This document shows, one piece after another, positions 39,001 to 50,300 of a stretch of DNA of 64,000 bases (positions are counted from its first letter, which is position 1; each line of letters starts with the position of its first letter). The position numbers and the translations under genes are program-made. This DNA is from Microbotryum violaceum (Eukaryota). The notes beneath the pieces were generated by a model that was not told the origin of the DNA, did not search any database, and saw only the letters and a list, made by a program, of their open reading frames with translations. The DNA lies in the NCBI GenBank assembly GCA_001244265.2, contig CDLV01000011.1:1240001-1304000 (forward strand). Direction: 5' to 3'.

Positions 39001-41860
39001 TTCAAGACCATTCAGCAAGAGCATCTCCACGGCCGAGCCAACAAGAGGTATTGCGTAGCACCGGACTCAAGGAGCGAATCTCGACGGAAGAGCTGACAAT
39101 TCTGCTTGCGCTCTGCACCTGCTAGGATCGACAATCTCGTTGTGGTCTTACCCGACAACGCTCTAGTTTATAACATTTGGAAGGACGTATCGAATGCAAA
39201 ACCGGATCATGTTCTTCGAGATACTCTGGCAAATTCGATGGACATCTGGGAGCTTGGACAGTTCCGCCCTACCGATAAGGAGGGCCAGTGGGTGCTTAGT
39301 TTACGGTGAGGTTTTACGGGTACCAGTGCCTTGGCTACCAAGCCCTTACTGACGCGAGAATGCTTCGGATTTCAAACTCAGATCCATGGATTCATCAATC
39401 ACTCTCGATACTCGCGCGCCTTATTGTCCTTGTCGCGCATTCAAGCAAACAGGAAATAAATGCGCTCATCTTTGGGCGTGCGATCTGCTGGTTCACAATG
39501 GCGACTACCACACAGCGATGAGTGCGTCCGAAAGCTTTGATCACCCTCGTAGCGGCTTCACAAGCCTACAATCTGACAATTGGTGTGGGATTTCTCTTGC
39601 AGACCGCATCATGGCAGCAGCAGCAGCGGCAAAAGCAATGTCGGACATGCGGGACGGAACAAAATCAAGCAAGCTCCACGACGCCTCCGTCGAAGCCTTG
39701 GTCGACAAAGTATTGGGCTCTAAAATGCCATCGGCTTTGGAGGACGACAACGAGCCAGACGAGCCCTTGTCAGAGGACGAACTCGACGAACGCGACGAGA
39801 TGGATTCGGACGTCGAGGACGAGGACGAACGCGCTGCCGATATAGCCGATGTTGCTGAATTTCAGCCCAACTGCTCAACTGTCAAAGGTGAGCAATGTCT
39901 GAACGCCTTGCCGGAACGGAGGCTTCCGTTCCAATCTGGTCTTGTTCTGTCACACAGGCAGATCAGCCAGGGATCGGCCATCGCAACCCCATCGTAGCAA
40001 GAAGACAGCCAAACCGAAACTCTCAAAATCGAAGTCAAATTCAGGGGTCACGCTCGAGCACTCGGAGAGAGTCGATGGCAAAGCAACGGCAGTAACTAGA
40101 CGTTTGATACGCGACAAGCTCAATCCTGATCAACTTCGTCCAAAAACTTCCAAACACACCATCTTTGAGAACGGAACCACTCAGTTTGGGAAGACCCGTG
40201 GACGCCCACGTGAGACAAAATTTTCCAACAGCTTATCCTGGACCAAGGATCACGCGGCTGCCAAGCGAATGGCGGCCATTCCCGAGGTCATAGACATCGA
40301 AGAACTGAGCGACGACGAGAGGTCACCATGCCAGCTCGCGCCGTTACAAGAAGGACGTCTTCCACTCGACATCTACGATACAGTTCAGCCGGAGGAGCGC
40401 CGAAGCAATGTTTCCGCCGTCAAGGACATTATCAAGCGCATTCTCAACGAGGTTCAGAAGGTTGATTGGGAAGTATTCCTCGACATTCACGCCGGCGACC
40501 ACGCACCAGGCCTGAACTTGAGCTCCTTGCGCGAAATGGCCAACGCCAATTTGTGGTTGAGGGCTTCGCACATCGATGCTTTCAGCAGCGCTATCAATCG
40601 GTTCCTGTCGTTTGATATGTCATCCGCGCAGATACCACAGGCACAGACACATATCAGAGTTTGATCTGTTTAAGTTAGGGAGCGCGCGGGGCTTTTCTTC
40701 CCGCGCGGCTGTTTACTCTTGGTAGCTTTCTCATCACTCGCTCTACATTGTGGTCCTGACTTCTCGGTGTCGTGCACCCTCACCTATCGGAAGGTTAGTT
40801 ATGGAATACTTATTATCACTCGCTCTACATTGTGGTCCTGACTTCTCGGTGTCGTGCACCCTCACCTATCGGAAGGCTTTACTTCCGCGCTCTCATCGTT
40901 TCTGCGATAGTTCCAAGGCCAATTGCCTTTCAATGGTCGGTCAAAAGAGGTTCTTGACCTTGAACCAACATGCTACGCATTCTATCTCGAAGGAGGAAAG
41001 TGCGCCAAGGGAATTGGAGGCACTCGACCAACCGAGCGGCAACAGGGGGTGAGTTCGGATGGGAGTTCGCGAGCATATCTTTCTATCATTATTGACAGGA
41101 GGCCTGCCTCTTTGTTTGCGCTGCCCCTTTACCAGATTATCCTTTCTCGAACACCAGTTCTACTCTTCCCAACTCATGTCACCAATCATTGGATACTTGT
41201 CGAGGCACGCCTTTCGGATTGTACATTTCGGGTGTACGACTCTCTTTTTGGCAGGTAGAACATGCGCAAGGAGGCAAACGAAAGTCTCGATGTGAGTTCA
41301 TCCCCATGACCATCACAAAGCACTTTCAAAGGCGCTCAAACTCTGCGCAGCTGCTGACGTCATTCGCCCTTTCTGCCTGCCAGTCGATCATCACTTTCTT
41401 GGAAACTCGTGCAGAGGGACCGATAGAGCGCATCACTGGAGGCATCGATCGACTGACGGTCCCGTACAGAAATTGGAAGCGATTGATTGTCAAAGCGGCG
41501 AAGGCCGGCGATCAGCCTCAACCGGATAGATATCCTCAACAGACTGATGGCAACGCGTGTGGGGCGTTCGTGTGCCGAGCGATGGAAACCCTGGTATGCG
41601 CAGCAGTCGCCAAAATGGAACCCGATTGGAGCTGGGGCCCACAGGTTGAGCCCGGAAGATTTTATTCGGAGCTTCGAGACTATATGTTGGATGTCACCCT
41701 GCACTCTCGTCTACAATGCGACATGAGCTCGTCTTGGTTTTCGGGCTCGCCGGAGTCTCCAACCGTCTCGTGTGCTACTCGTGACCCAGACAACACAATG
41801 GATAGCAGGAAGCCTCATGGCAATACACAGACTGGAGATCACGTCGGTGAGTTCGAATAG
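36051..41860 (+). pseudogene. Spliced MULE-type DDE transposase fused to SWIM zinc finger and Ulp1/C48 peptidase (disrupted)
   Basis: D1 FVGLDSSWRYLNENRAPL (37767), D2 FMIDKCRTELNAL (38254), CxxH IRLCQFHVVQAIIRW (38432), E NTNNVTERAFK (38992), SWIM YCPCRAFKQTGNKCAHLWAC (~39422-39481), Ulp1 NHWIL..VYDSL (41184-41246) and PQQTDGNACGAFVC (~41534-41575). Frameshift at 36902-36905 and in-frame TGA at 38558-38560. Confidence 0.85.
40733..40876. repeat. Exact 62-bp direct duplication (period 82) within the Ulp1-coding region/intron
   Basis: ATCACTCGCTCTACATTGTGG...CCTATCGGAAGG at 40733-40794 and 40815-40876. Confidence 0.95.
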
Positions 41861-42559
41861 GATATTGAAGCTCCTGCATGCTCTATTGTCCTAAGGAGCT
41901 CTGCTCTTCTCCTCCTCATGTCCCTTGTTGTTTCGGAATGACTCACCCCTGATCTCATCACCCGGCCATTGTTTCGTGCGCCGGCTACTGTGGTAGTGCT
42001 AAACGGTTGCGATTGGAACTTGTGCGCCGAACGCGACATGAGAGGAGAGAGAGCGACGACGGGGACGGGCCGTACGCGAGAGGGGCAAAGCGCGCGCGGG
42101 GAACTGGCGGCGCCGAGATGGGAGAAAGGGGAGGAGAGAGAGTTTGAACTGGGACGGGGACGAAAGGCTCGGAGACTTGGACGCTTGAACACTTGAACAC
42201 TTGAAAACACACACACACTCAAATTCCCAACAATGAAACCGTGAGATCTAACCAGCACCAACCGTATGGCCTGATTCTTCCTGAAGTGATCTACCTAAGA
42301 AAGAGAGCAAACCGAGTCCCGTCGAGCCACAAAAGTCCCCAAGTCCCCCTTGTCCGTTGCGCTGTCCCGAAGCGGCCCGCCGCCCCCTCTGCTCTGCTAC
42401 CTCCTACAATTCGCAAGCCTTCCGAGGTACCAGGATTCTCGAACTCGATGATACATGTGATCACTGAGATGTTTTGATAAACTAGTTGTACTTGTCCTTC
42501 GTTCGATCCTCTGCCTCTTGTACGCGAAGGTGTCGTTTGGACAATCTGAGACTTCTCTC

Positions 42560-43593
42560 CTTCCGATGCCTTTGGCGTTCGCGAATGGACTAGGGTAGCC
42601 AGAGCCAGGAGTCGACTAGCGCTCGGGGACAGGATCGGAGGTCGTCGCGCGCGTGGGTAGAATTGCCTCATCCGGCGCCGGGTCAATCGAGTCACAGTTG
42701 TCGTCGGTGAGTCGTCGGTCGTGCACAAAGAAGATCCGGCCATCAAAAGCTTGGATCGAGAAGGTCACACTCGTCGCAAGTGGCGCTGTGGAGGGAGCAT
42801 GCCGACCCATCGAACACCCGTTTACACCCGTTTAGCGCGGCGGAGCTCGGCAGTCAATTGGGTGCACGATCCGGAGTACCACACTACAGCAGTGACGACG
42901 CGGAAGAAGTCTCACAACATCACAGTAAGTTCCAGGACAGAAAAAGCAACTTCTTGGCTTTGCTCGTGCCCTCGATTCCAGATTGTCACTCAATGATCCT
43001 TCCTCTCTTCGTGTCTGCGCCGCTCTAGTTTCCACCCCTGTGTCTACGAGATCCGTAACCTTCGAGGGGTCGAGACTTGCAAGGAATGTTTCGTTCTCTG
43101 CTGACACAGTCATTATCCAGCACCCACAACCTGGCGGTTTGTCACACGTGGAATCTGTACAAGGAAACAACATGTCGACAGCACGAACTCGTCTTGCATC
43201 GGACCAATCCGATTCGCCCCTAAACCGACCAACGCTCGCCTTTCCTTCATTTTTGCCAGTATTCGCCACGCGCGACATCGAACACCTACCAAAGAAATGC
43301 AAGTACTCTGCGGTTACTCAAGAGAGTAGCCCTTCCGCTGTTGTTACTCCCAGCAAACGGCGTCATTCGGCAGCGGAAAGCGTGACCCCGAGCTCCAGTC
43401 GGCGGAAAGCTTGCTCGCAATGTCGAGACCGAAAGTTGAAGTGTGATATAGATCATCCATGCTCGAAGTAGGTAAAGTCTAGTATTTCATCATACCAAGG
43501 AAGAGCTGACAAATGGTTTGTTCACTTTGAGCAGCTGCACTAAGAAAAGGAGAGGTAAAAGCGAGCCAAGTTTTTACATGTGAATACGTTTAA
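42560..43593 (+). pseudogene. Second element-borne ORF (decayed) ending in a Zn(II)2Cys6 cluster
   Basis: RRKACSQCRDRKLKCDIDHPCS | intron 43468-43534 | NCTKKRRG..; the sixth Cys (TCEYV*) is one base out of frame at T-run 43571-43575. Upstream WLCSCPRFQ is SWIM-like. The 5' boundary is approximate. Confidence 0.7.
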
Positions 43594-43792
43594 ATATCGT
43601 TCAACTGCAATGATCATACAAGCAAAAGTCCGCCGATGTCGAAGCGTGACTTATTAGAATCTGTATCTTCGCTCGATCTCTATAAACTGTTCTTCGTGGA
43701 TGAGAGAAGCGAGGGACCGGTGCCAATTCTGGTCTAATCCGAGTCGGCGCAATCACGTTCGGGAGTGTCGGCCTTGGCGGTTCGGGCGCTGG

Positions 43793-44142
43793 ACCGCTGA
43801 CACCACGGGCGCGGAGAGGCCAGGCGGGGCAGAATATCGATGTAGTAGCTACTGCTTCGTCCGCCTCGTCTCACCGGCCAGAAGTACTATAGACCTATAC
43901 ATGCATCAAACTACTGTTCCCAGAGTGTTACATCACACATTGCAAGAGATACAGGCGTCTATACTATGTGTTACCAAAGTCCCCATGAACGTGGTACAAG
44001 AATGACCTCGGATGTGATCCCAAAGTCCGCATCGATGTGATCCCAAAGTCCGCTCCGATGTGATCCCAAAGTCGCCTCCGATGTGGGACCAGAGTCGCCT
44101 CCGATGTGGGACCAGAGCTGCCATTTTCGGGACCAAAGTGCC
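43793..44142 (-). repeat. Right TIR with ~8 tandem 23-bp units
   Basis: Inverted copy of the left TIR; ends CCAAAGTGCC versus left GTCACTTTGG. Confidence 0.93.
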
Positions 44143-46233
44143 CTGCTATTCGCGGGATTAACCTAATTCCGTTTTATTATACAGTTTTAAGGATTTAGCA
44201 AAGTGGCAAAGTTGCTGATGAGTATTCCGAAGATGCTAAGTCGAGTTGAGTTTAGCATTGAGGAACACGAAATATAAGTATGTACTAGTGAGCACAGTGC
44301 ATGCTATTCTGGGCGACCGATCAGTACGCACCTGAACCTAAGTTCGAACGCCGGGGGACAGAAATGATTCGCCGCCTGTTCAAAGCAGCAGATTAGGACA
44401 CCGATGCCAGAAGTAAGCAAACGTGGTCAGATACGTCCAGTATTTATCGTCTTTCAATTCAGCGCACTGAGGGCTCGCCTCGTCAAGCGTTGTAATCCCT
44501 CCGGCTCGCCAATCTGTTCAGGAGCCATGATTAACGGGCAACCGTGGAGGCGCCGAGGTGGAATTTTCTGATAACACGGGGACGTATGGGTATTGTGCGC
44601 CCCAAAGTCTGGTTCTGAGATTTGGAGATGGGCGAGACTAGAGCACTGTGTGAGAGACGCGCAACTGTTCTAGGAGCTTGTCTTTGATCCACTTTGAGTG
44701 GGCCTCCCCGGTGGCACCAGACAAGTGCCGAGCTACCGGCTGGCGTTGCGAGGAAACAATCACTCGTCGTGGAAACCCAAAAGATTTCAGTCGTATACTA
44801 AAATGGCTATTCATAGGAACTGCGTCATTCTACGATCGTACCCTATAGATTCGTGAATTTGAGGCGCTCCGATCCCGCCTGATGCACCCTGGCTTTTCCA
44901 CCACAAGTCCGCCAATGGTCAGCTCAGCCCAGGTCATTGGAACACGCGCGCTCACAGTCCTAGGCACCTTTTCTGGCCTTTTGGCTTAGATCAAGTGTAG
45001 TATCTGTTCTTATCAGTTTTGATTACTGATAGTTGTTCAACGAACAACATCCAATCAAATCTTATCTTTCATTGCCAGGGTGTGCAGTTCTGGGGCTTGC
45101 CCTCCTGCCTCCCAAGATGTCCGTGCTATCTCACTTCCAGCACGGTACGTCACTGGCGCTATTTTTGTCTTTTGCCACTGGCCCACTCTCAATTCCTTTT
45201 TACTTCTCTGTTTGTAATACCTGGACACCAAGGGGGCAATAAGGGCGCGCAACACTACACAGCCCTAACGAATGGGATACGTGATAAGAAGCCCATAATA
45301 CTCCGCGGTGGAGTAAAAGCGGGTTCCTCGGTAGTACTCTCGAAGGTGCTTGACAAATTGAACAATGAACTGATCCGTTGCAGAGCGAAACGTTACATCA
45401 GCTCACTGTGTGGCGGACAAGGACGAAGTCGGGCAGTCTGAAGGATCATCAAGAGAATTACTCACCGTCCCTCCTGGGGTACGATCGAAGATTGTCGGTG
45501 CAGTCAAAGCGTCAACGGGCGCGCACCTGAACGTGCTGAACGACGACGCGCGCGATCCACAGGGGCGCAGGGATAGGTTCCGTTTTCTACTGGACCCCAG
45601 GTGCGCCACAGCCTATGCATCGCCCACTCACTCCCGGAGGTCGTTGACGGTACCGTAGGAGCACCTCATTGGGGCATAGCGAGTGCAGGCTCTGGCGTTC
45701 TTGAAGAGCGAGGCGCAGGACGCGCAGGCATCATCTGCGATACAGATCAGATTCGTCCATCATTACACAGTGCCGTAGAAAAGCTTACGCTGGCCTCGGT
45801 GAGAGGCGATGTAGTGAAACTAGGACGTAAAGTAAACGATGGATAACTTCTGTGGAGCGTGCCGAGACGGGATAGCGAGCGCGGAGAGTAAGAAGGCCGA
45901 GGAGGAGGAACATAACTCACCGATGAAAACCTCATGTCCCTCGCAAGGACTGCGCATCTTGGCTTGGGGAACCACTTTCTTCATACTGCGAGTAGCAGTT
46001 GAATAACGGGAGTGAAGAACAAGCCTAGCGGCAACGATGATGTGAGGATCTATCATAGAACCTTGCTTGTAAATCTTCCCAGTAACGCCGCACAGAGTTA
46101 CCGGAGCTGCCGCAGAAGCTTGACACAGAGTCCCATTGGGACTTAGAGTCGACGCATTGCAATAGCCTGGCAGCAGTGCAAAGGTCTAAGGGGAAGTGTT
46201 GAAGGTGTTAGTAGACCTTGCACTGATATCAAG

Positions 46234-46306
46234 GGCCGGATAGCTTAGTTGGTCAAAGCTTTTCCAATGGATGGAAGCGACCCAGGTTCGACTCTTGGTC
46301 CAGCCG
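46234..46306 (+). tRNA. tRNA-like gene, nominal anticodon TGG (Pro) with atypical anticodon loop; possibly a pseudo-tRNA
   Basis: Cloverleaf: GGCCGGA/TCCAGCC acceptor (1 mismatch), GCTT/AAGC D-stem, TTTCC/GGAAG anticodon stem, CCAGG-TTCGACT-CTTGG T-arm. A and B boxes are intact, followed by a TTCTTTTTTT Pol III terminator. Confidence 0.7.
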
Positions 46307-47399
46307 TTCTTTTTTTGTTGATCATTTCGGGATCATCTTTGATTCCAACAGATGACACCGCAGCGAGCGAACAGCGTTCTGCGCCGGAGAGGAGGATGGA
46401 AAGGGGCCCGACCAGAGATTGACGTTGAGCGGTGGAGCCGACGGGAAGCTCGAGATGGTGGAAAATTTGAAGGAGGGGACGAAGGAGAGGAATCGAGAGA
46501 CGAAGCGCGTTGATGATCCGGTGAGGATGAACGTCAAACAGCACCCAGCATTTTGTCATGGGTAGGTAGGTAGAGAACACGATGCTGACGCGTTCTGTTC
46601 ATCACGATCACCGTGAGAGCGGCCAGTATACGCCAGTATCTTGGTACCCGCGTCGCGCGCGCATGCCTATCCCAACTCCCGAGCTCCTGAGTCCTGCCGA
46701 TCGCCGAATCCAGGCTGGAGACTTATAAACAGCTAAACTGGGCATGATGACTGCAACTGCCGGTGTGTGAGAGCTCTTCACCACTCGCGAGATCCGTTAA
46801 ACTCATTTCATACATACCTATGGAATTCACTTACCTAGGCAGGCGGGTAGGTGAGCCGGCAGTTTAAATAGGTAGCTCGCAACATCGCGGGTAAGGTACC
46901 ACGAAATAGGTGGCGCACAACCTTGCAAAGGTCAATCCTTGGCGTCAAAATATCGAGAGCAAACCGCACTCGCTCCCGCCGAAGACGGGCTATCCGAGAA
47001 AGCATGTCATGACAAAGAACAACCATTTCTATTACGATGTGCATATGTGTGCAAGAAGAGCATCACAAAGGACCGAAGGCAAACATGGGGAAGAAGCAAA
47101 GAAGTGTCCGTCCCGCATCCCGCCGGTCGCTGCCGGCTGGGAGTTAATCATTCTGATATGATCCGAGGTTAGACAAACAAAAAGACAGGTGGGGCAATAT
47201 GATAATATACTCATAACCCTCGGCAATCAGGGAGGCAAATAAGCTAAATGAACTTGGGAAACATAAGAACAAACACAGATGTCATCTTGGACACAATCGG
47301 GATCAGCGGAAGTAGAGTGTCTTTCGGTTTAGGTCGGGATGAGGACATGGGGCGTAGCGTCGTCGTGAAAATACAGTTGTAAGGGTTGTATCAAGCGCC

Positions 47400-50300
47400 T
47401 CAGAGTTGCGGAGGTGCAGCACCAGGCGGGAGGGAGCCGCCCCCTGAGGTCGGAGAGAAGACGGCGTCCTGTCCGCCTTGGGAGGGCCTTGATCGCTGAT
47501 GCGACGATGTTTGACCTTGCTGCGATGGTCTACGCGTACGTTGGATGACCCTCACGCCTTCCGAGCCTGGAACAGGTCCCGCATCTACGAGGCTGACGCC
47601 GCGTGGCTTACTTGGCTGGCGCGCAGGTCTCGACGTGTCGGTAGCGTTGGACGCCGAAGGGATGTTGCTCGAGCGACCGGAGCGACCTTGCGACTCGTCG
47701 GGTGTCGAGTTTCTCCCAACCTCGGCTGGGAAACTCGCCGTCGAGTCGAGAGCCGGAGAAGATCTCTGTTGCTCGCTGAGGATGGCCTCCCTTTCCAACT
47801 CGTCGCTATCATAGCCCTCGGCGAAGCGAGGGTACTCGTGCGCGTGCCCATTATGGAACGAGGTCGTGGAAGAGTGCGCGCTAGCCACTTGTTGTGCCAA
47901 CGGCGCAGGGAGCTCGAGCTGAGTAGGGTAGCGGGGAACGGTGCTCAAAGAAGCGCTCGCTGGCAGAGAGTTGTACGTATCGGTTGAGACGATCGAGTGA
48001 CGGTAGCTCGTCGAGCGGTGTGGGGAGCCGTGACGGATGTGCGCATTCAGAACGTCGTAGGCCGAGTCGCGCGAGAGCGCTCCGGCTCGGTAGCGACGAT
48101 CGCGTTCAAAGTCGGCCCATCGCTTCATGACGATATTGCTGCTGTCAAACGTACCGTCCTTGTCAGAGTGCGAACGTCCATCGTCACCCGCGACCTTGCG
48201 AGTCTGACCCCACGAGAAGTCGTCCATGTGCAAGAAGGCGTAGACAGGGAGGACAAAGTTCCAGATCGGCAGCGACAGGAGATAGATCATCATCCAGCCG
48301 AGATACTCGACCTTGCGCGACGTTACGACGATGAGAATTGCCGGGATACCGAGAATGATGGCCAGCAGGATGAGAGAGAGGACAGGTTTGGTCGTGCCGG
48401 GGATGATGGCGATGACAATGAGATATCTGTAAGACGGACAGCAAGTTCGATCAGTCCCAGCGTAATACGGTGTATTGCGCAGCGCGTCATAAGCTCACGT
48501 GGTGAAGGCAATGGCAGCAGGCAAGACCAAGGTACCAGCCAACTCCATGAAGATGACGAAGCGCATCGAGAAGCAAAATACACCGCAAAGATCGGGGACC
48601 TTGAATAGCTCGAACAAGTTGTGTATGGTCGAGTTGATCCAACGACGACGTTGCGACAGAAGGACTCGAAACGTGTCAGGGACCACGGTCTTGCACACGG
48701 CCTGGGGGCAGAACATCATTTTGCGGCGCGGGAAGGTCGACAGCATCAACGTCGTCAAGTATCGATCTTCTCCGAGGAGCAGCAGGTTCTTCTTGTGCAG
48801 CGTATCGACGACGTTCTCCGAGTAGTGCATGACGATGTCGGGGTTCGCGAGCACGGGCACCCAGTATCCGTCGGCTCCCTTTGGCGCCTTGATGCGGTAC
48901 ATCGAGAAGCAACCGGGAAGGCAGGTCACACCACCAAACATGGATTCGAACGCCTTCGTCAAGTGATGTGACACGTAGTATTCGAACACTGCGAGATCAA
49001 CTTCGCGTCAGCACTCATCCAGAGCAAACACCAGTTCGACTATGCCCACCTTGGATCATCGTCACCCACGTCTCGCTCTTGTTCGCGATCTTGGTCTCAC
49101 CGCACAATCCCATAATTTCCGGGTCGTGGACCATGCACGAGATCATGCGCGAGACTGAATCGGGGAAAATCTTGGTGTCGGCGTCGACCATGAGCACGAC
49201 CTCGTATCGGTCCGGCGAGATGCCGGTGCATCGCCACAGCGAGTTGAAGAACTCGTACTCGAATGTCGTCATGCGCTCATCAAACATGACCTTTTGCAGG
49301 AAGCTCAGCAACATGACTTGCGAGTCACGCTTGCCTCGGTTGCCCGGTTTGGGATCGTTGGCCTCGGACGGGTTGCCGATCTTGGCGACGAGCACGATCG
49401 GTACGCGCTGTTGCTTGCTCATTTCGACGGTGTTATTGTCATAGTCGTAGAAACCGGCAAATATCTTGGCCTGATTATGTGCCTTGTGCCCATCGGCGAT
49501 GGCGACGTACGATTGCGGCTCGACCTCTTGGACCGGCACAACGAGCTCCTTCATCATGCCGAGCACGATCTCTGGCGTCGTGAGACGATTACCCGATCCC
49601 TTAACCATGCCGTCGGCGATGACGAGGATGACCTTATGCGAGTTGGGGTAATCGGTCGTCGAAAGCGAGTCGAGGGTGGTGCGCAAGCCCTCAATGGACT
49701 CGGAGTAGGCCGTGACGAGCAAGATGGAGTGCACGAGGGGGTAGTTGAACGGCTGGTAGTCCGCCGGGGGTTGCGCAACGACGTCACCGAGAGGGAAGGG
49801 ACAGCCGGTACCGTTCCCGAGAGAGTCGCCGGTGGGGGAGCGAGACATCATGCCGTAATTGAAGACCGAGGGGGGGAAGGAAGCCGAGCTGGGCGACGCG
49901 AGCCCACCGGGCGAACCAGGTGGGGAGTTGCGCATCGCGCCGCCGATAAAGTCCTTGCTGCTGAGACTGGGCGCCATCGACTTGCGGTACTCGCCGTACT
50001 TGTTCTCCGCACGCGGTGACGTGACTCCTGAGCCGGCGGCATGTGCCTTGAGCAAATCACCGCGAGAGAATCGACTCTTGTTCGGCAGCATCGACTTGCG
50101 TTGCAGCTTGACGTTGGGGCGGAAGCGCGCCGGGGCCGGACGATAGATGTCCTGGGTCCAGTTCTCAATCTCACTTGCACGTGCCCGTCGTTGCTCGTAG
50201 GTCTCCTGAGGAAAACGACCAATCTTCCACGACAAAAACCAGCCAAAGATGACGGCCATCGCGAAACGGATCACCACGACACCGATAATTACAACCAGTG

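Larger units (their letters stand above)
35181..44142 (+). mobile_element. ~8.96 kb long-TIR Mutator-like (MULE) DNA transposon
   Basis: Long imperfect TIRs at 35181-35574 and 43793-44142 enclose a DDE transposase-SWIM-Ulp1 gene and a Zn2Cys6 ORF. No clear TSD. Confidence 0.85.

Noticed and set aside
35170-44152. Target-site duplication for the MULE
   Set aside because: Flanks CTACTCGCTT and CTGCTATTCG do not match at any 8-10 bp register I tried.
28020-47390. Single giant Starship/Crypton-like element spanning the island
   Set aside because: No tyrosine recombinase motifs and no shared boundary repeats were seen. The parts have their own termini.
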